Made by a program: the position numbers and the translations under genes | The notes under the pieces: model-generated | Told to the model about the DNA's origin: nothing | What the model saw: the letters and a program-made list of their open reading frames with translations, nothing else | Databases searched by the model: none | Source: a virus | Taxonomy: Duplodnaviria; Caudoviricetes | Strand: one strand, 5' to 3' | Length of the DNA stretch: 35,880 bases | IMG/VR virus record: IMGVR_UViG_3300032212_000680 | Span: 1 to 35,880 of that record | In this document: one piece after another, positions 34,615 to 35,880 of the stretch | How the letters are laid out: each line of letters starts with the position of its first letter | Numbering within the stretch: the first letter of the stretch is position 1

Positions 34615-35012
34615 TGCTCATTATCCCACCAGTACGCGGCACAGACCAACATGGATCCGGCAACTTTGGCGCACCTAGAGGCGGAAGAACGCACAAAGGC
34701 ATCGATCTAAATTGCGCGCCAGGCAGCCAATTACTATGCCCACTGCGCGGCATAATAACTAAATTTGGTTATCCATACGGCGACGACCTCACCTATCGGT
34801 ATGTTGAAATAACAAATGATGACGATCTTAGATTTCGATACTTTTATGTCGAGCCGAGCCCGTCGTTAAGTATCGGCGACGATACGCACCATAATATGGT
34901 GCTCGGCGTGGTGCAGGATTTAACGCGCCGATACCCAGGTATTAGTAACCACATACATCATGAAATAAAAGATCACTCAGGTAATTACATCGATCCGACT
35001 AACTTCATTTAG
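34614..35012 (+). CDS. M23-family Zn peptidase, LECT2-like; putative endolysin
   Basis: HKGID (HxxxD) and HIH (HxH) Zn motifs; position in lysis cassette. Confidence 0.85.
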   Translation: MLIIPPVRGTDQHGSGNFGAPRGGRTHKGIDLNCAPGSQLLCPLRGIITKFGYPYGDDLTYRYVEITNDDDLRFRYFYVEPSPSLSIGDDTHHNMVLGVVQDLTRRYPGISNHIHHEIKDHSGNYIDPTNFI

Positions 35013-35020
35013 GTAATACA

Positions 35021-35287
35021 ATGAAATTACATTATTTACTACTGGCCGCGATTGCGGCTTTTTTATTGTCTGCATGCAGCACCACCACTGATGTAGTGAT
35101 TCAAAAAGGCGCAAAGATACAGGACGAGGCACTACAGAGAAATAAAACCTTCACATGCAAGATAGCCTCAATCGGTTCAATATTCAGAGAGTACGGAAAA
35201 ACAAAAGATACTGCTCGCATTTTTGCTGATTACTGCGGTTACCGACGTGAAATTGTTGCGGCCCTTTTTGGCTTTGATGATATATGA
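35021..35287 (+). CDS. Lipoprotein (spanin-like position)
   Basis: Signal peptide with lipobox LLSA-C; two further Cys. Confidence 0.72.
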   Translation: MKLHYLLLAAIAAFLLSACSTTTDVVIQKGAKIQDEALQRNKTFTCKIASIGSIFREYGKTKDTARIFADYCGYRREIVAALFGFDDI

Positions 35288-35880
35288 ACACGAAAGACCT
35301 GGCCGGTTATGCGAGTGCCGCCTATGTCAACTGTACTCACCAAAATACTGAAACTGACGCGCAAGCTTATGTCGAACACCTTGATAAATATAGCGTGGTT
35401 GCGTTTCGTGGTTCTGAGTCATTAACAGACTGGATCACAAACTTAAAAGCCTACCCTCGCAAAAACGTCAGGTTAATGGGTCATGTGCATCGAGGTTTTT
35501 ACGAAAGCTTGATGTCAATCGAATACGCTATTCGTGAAGGGATGCGCCGAGAGGTCTATATCACCGGTCACTCGTTAGGTGGCGCCATGGCAACGCTATT
35601 CGCTGCGCACCTATGGTTAAACAGCATGCATATAGTTAAGGGGCTAGTTACCTTTGGTGAGCCTCGACCCGGTAGCGAAAAACTCGCCGCCATTATTAGA
35701 AGAATACCCGGCTATAGATACGTGGCACACGGCGATCCCGTCGATAACGTGCCTTTCTCGTTGCCTTTCGTAAAGAATAAATATCAACACGGTCGCATAG
35801 CGACAATGATAGGTTCAAGAACCGGACCCGACCACCCCATGAGTCATTACCGATTAAACATACCAGAGGTAGAACTATGA
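35284..35880 (+). CDS. Class 3 lipase (alpha/beta hydrolase)
   Basis: VAFRGSE, HVHRGF, ITGHSLGGAMA (GxSxG), TFGEPR.G, D.V..VP, DH.M..Y; stop at 35878-35880. Confidence 0.92.
   Translation: MNTKDLAGYASAAYVNCTHQNTETDAQAYVEHLDKYSVVAFRGSESLTDWITNLKAYPRKNVRLMGHVHRGFYESLMSIEYAIREGMRREVYITGHSLGGAMATLFAAHLWLNSMHIVKGLVTFGEPRPGSEKLAAIIRRIPGYRYVAHGDPVDNVPFSLPFVKNKYQHGRIATMIGSRTGPDHPMSHYRLNIPEVEL

Overview
The window is about 36 kb of a temperate, lambdoid-organised myophage or prophage, probably from a Gammaproteobacterium (host is an inference). From left to right it carries: (1) a leftward early operon with a truncated Dam-type MTase, a DUF1937-like protein, a C5-MTase with a nested second-frame subunit, a PD-(D/E)XK nuclease and Bet recombinase; (2) a cI/cro/cII-like switch with visible PL/PR promoters and TGCAAC-N5-GTTGCA operators; (3) replication genes (YdaU-like initiator with iterons, P-like loader), RusA and a Q-like antiterminator; (4) PR', two terminators and a lambda-like cos site; (5) a ParB-MTase, lambda-type terminase and portal, and a ClpP-scaffold-capsid fusion; (6) a Mu-like contractile tail and baseplate interrupted by two accessory fibre/appendage modules; (7) a terminal lysis cassette (TM/coiled-coil protein, LECT2-like M23 peptidase, lipoprotein, class 3 lipase). 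No integrase, att site, tRNA, CRISPR array or reverse transcriptase is visible. The best leads are a late-leader anti-Shine-Dalgarno/anti-AUG segment complementary to early-gene start sites, a two-frame nested MTase, the LECT2-like endolysin with a lipase, and appendage modules whose putative anchor peptides are fused to core tail proteins. All assignments come from motif recognition by eye, without database searches.
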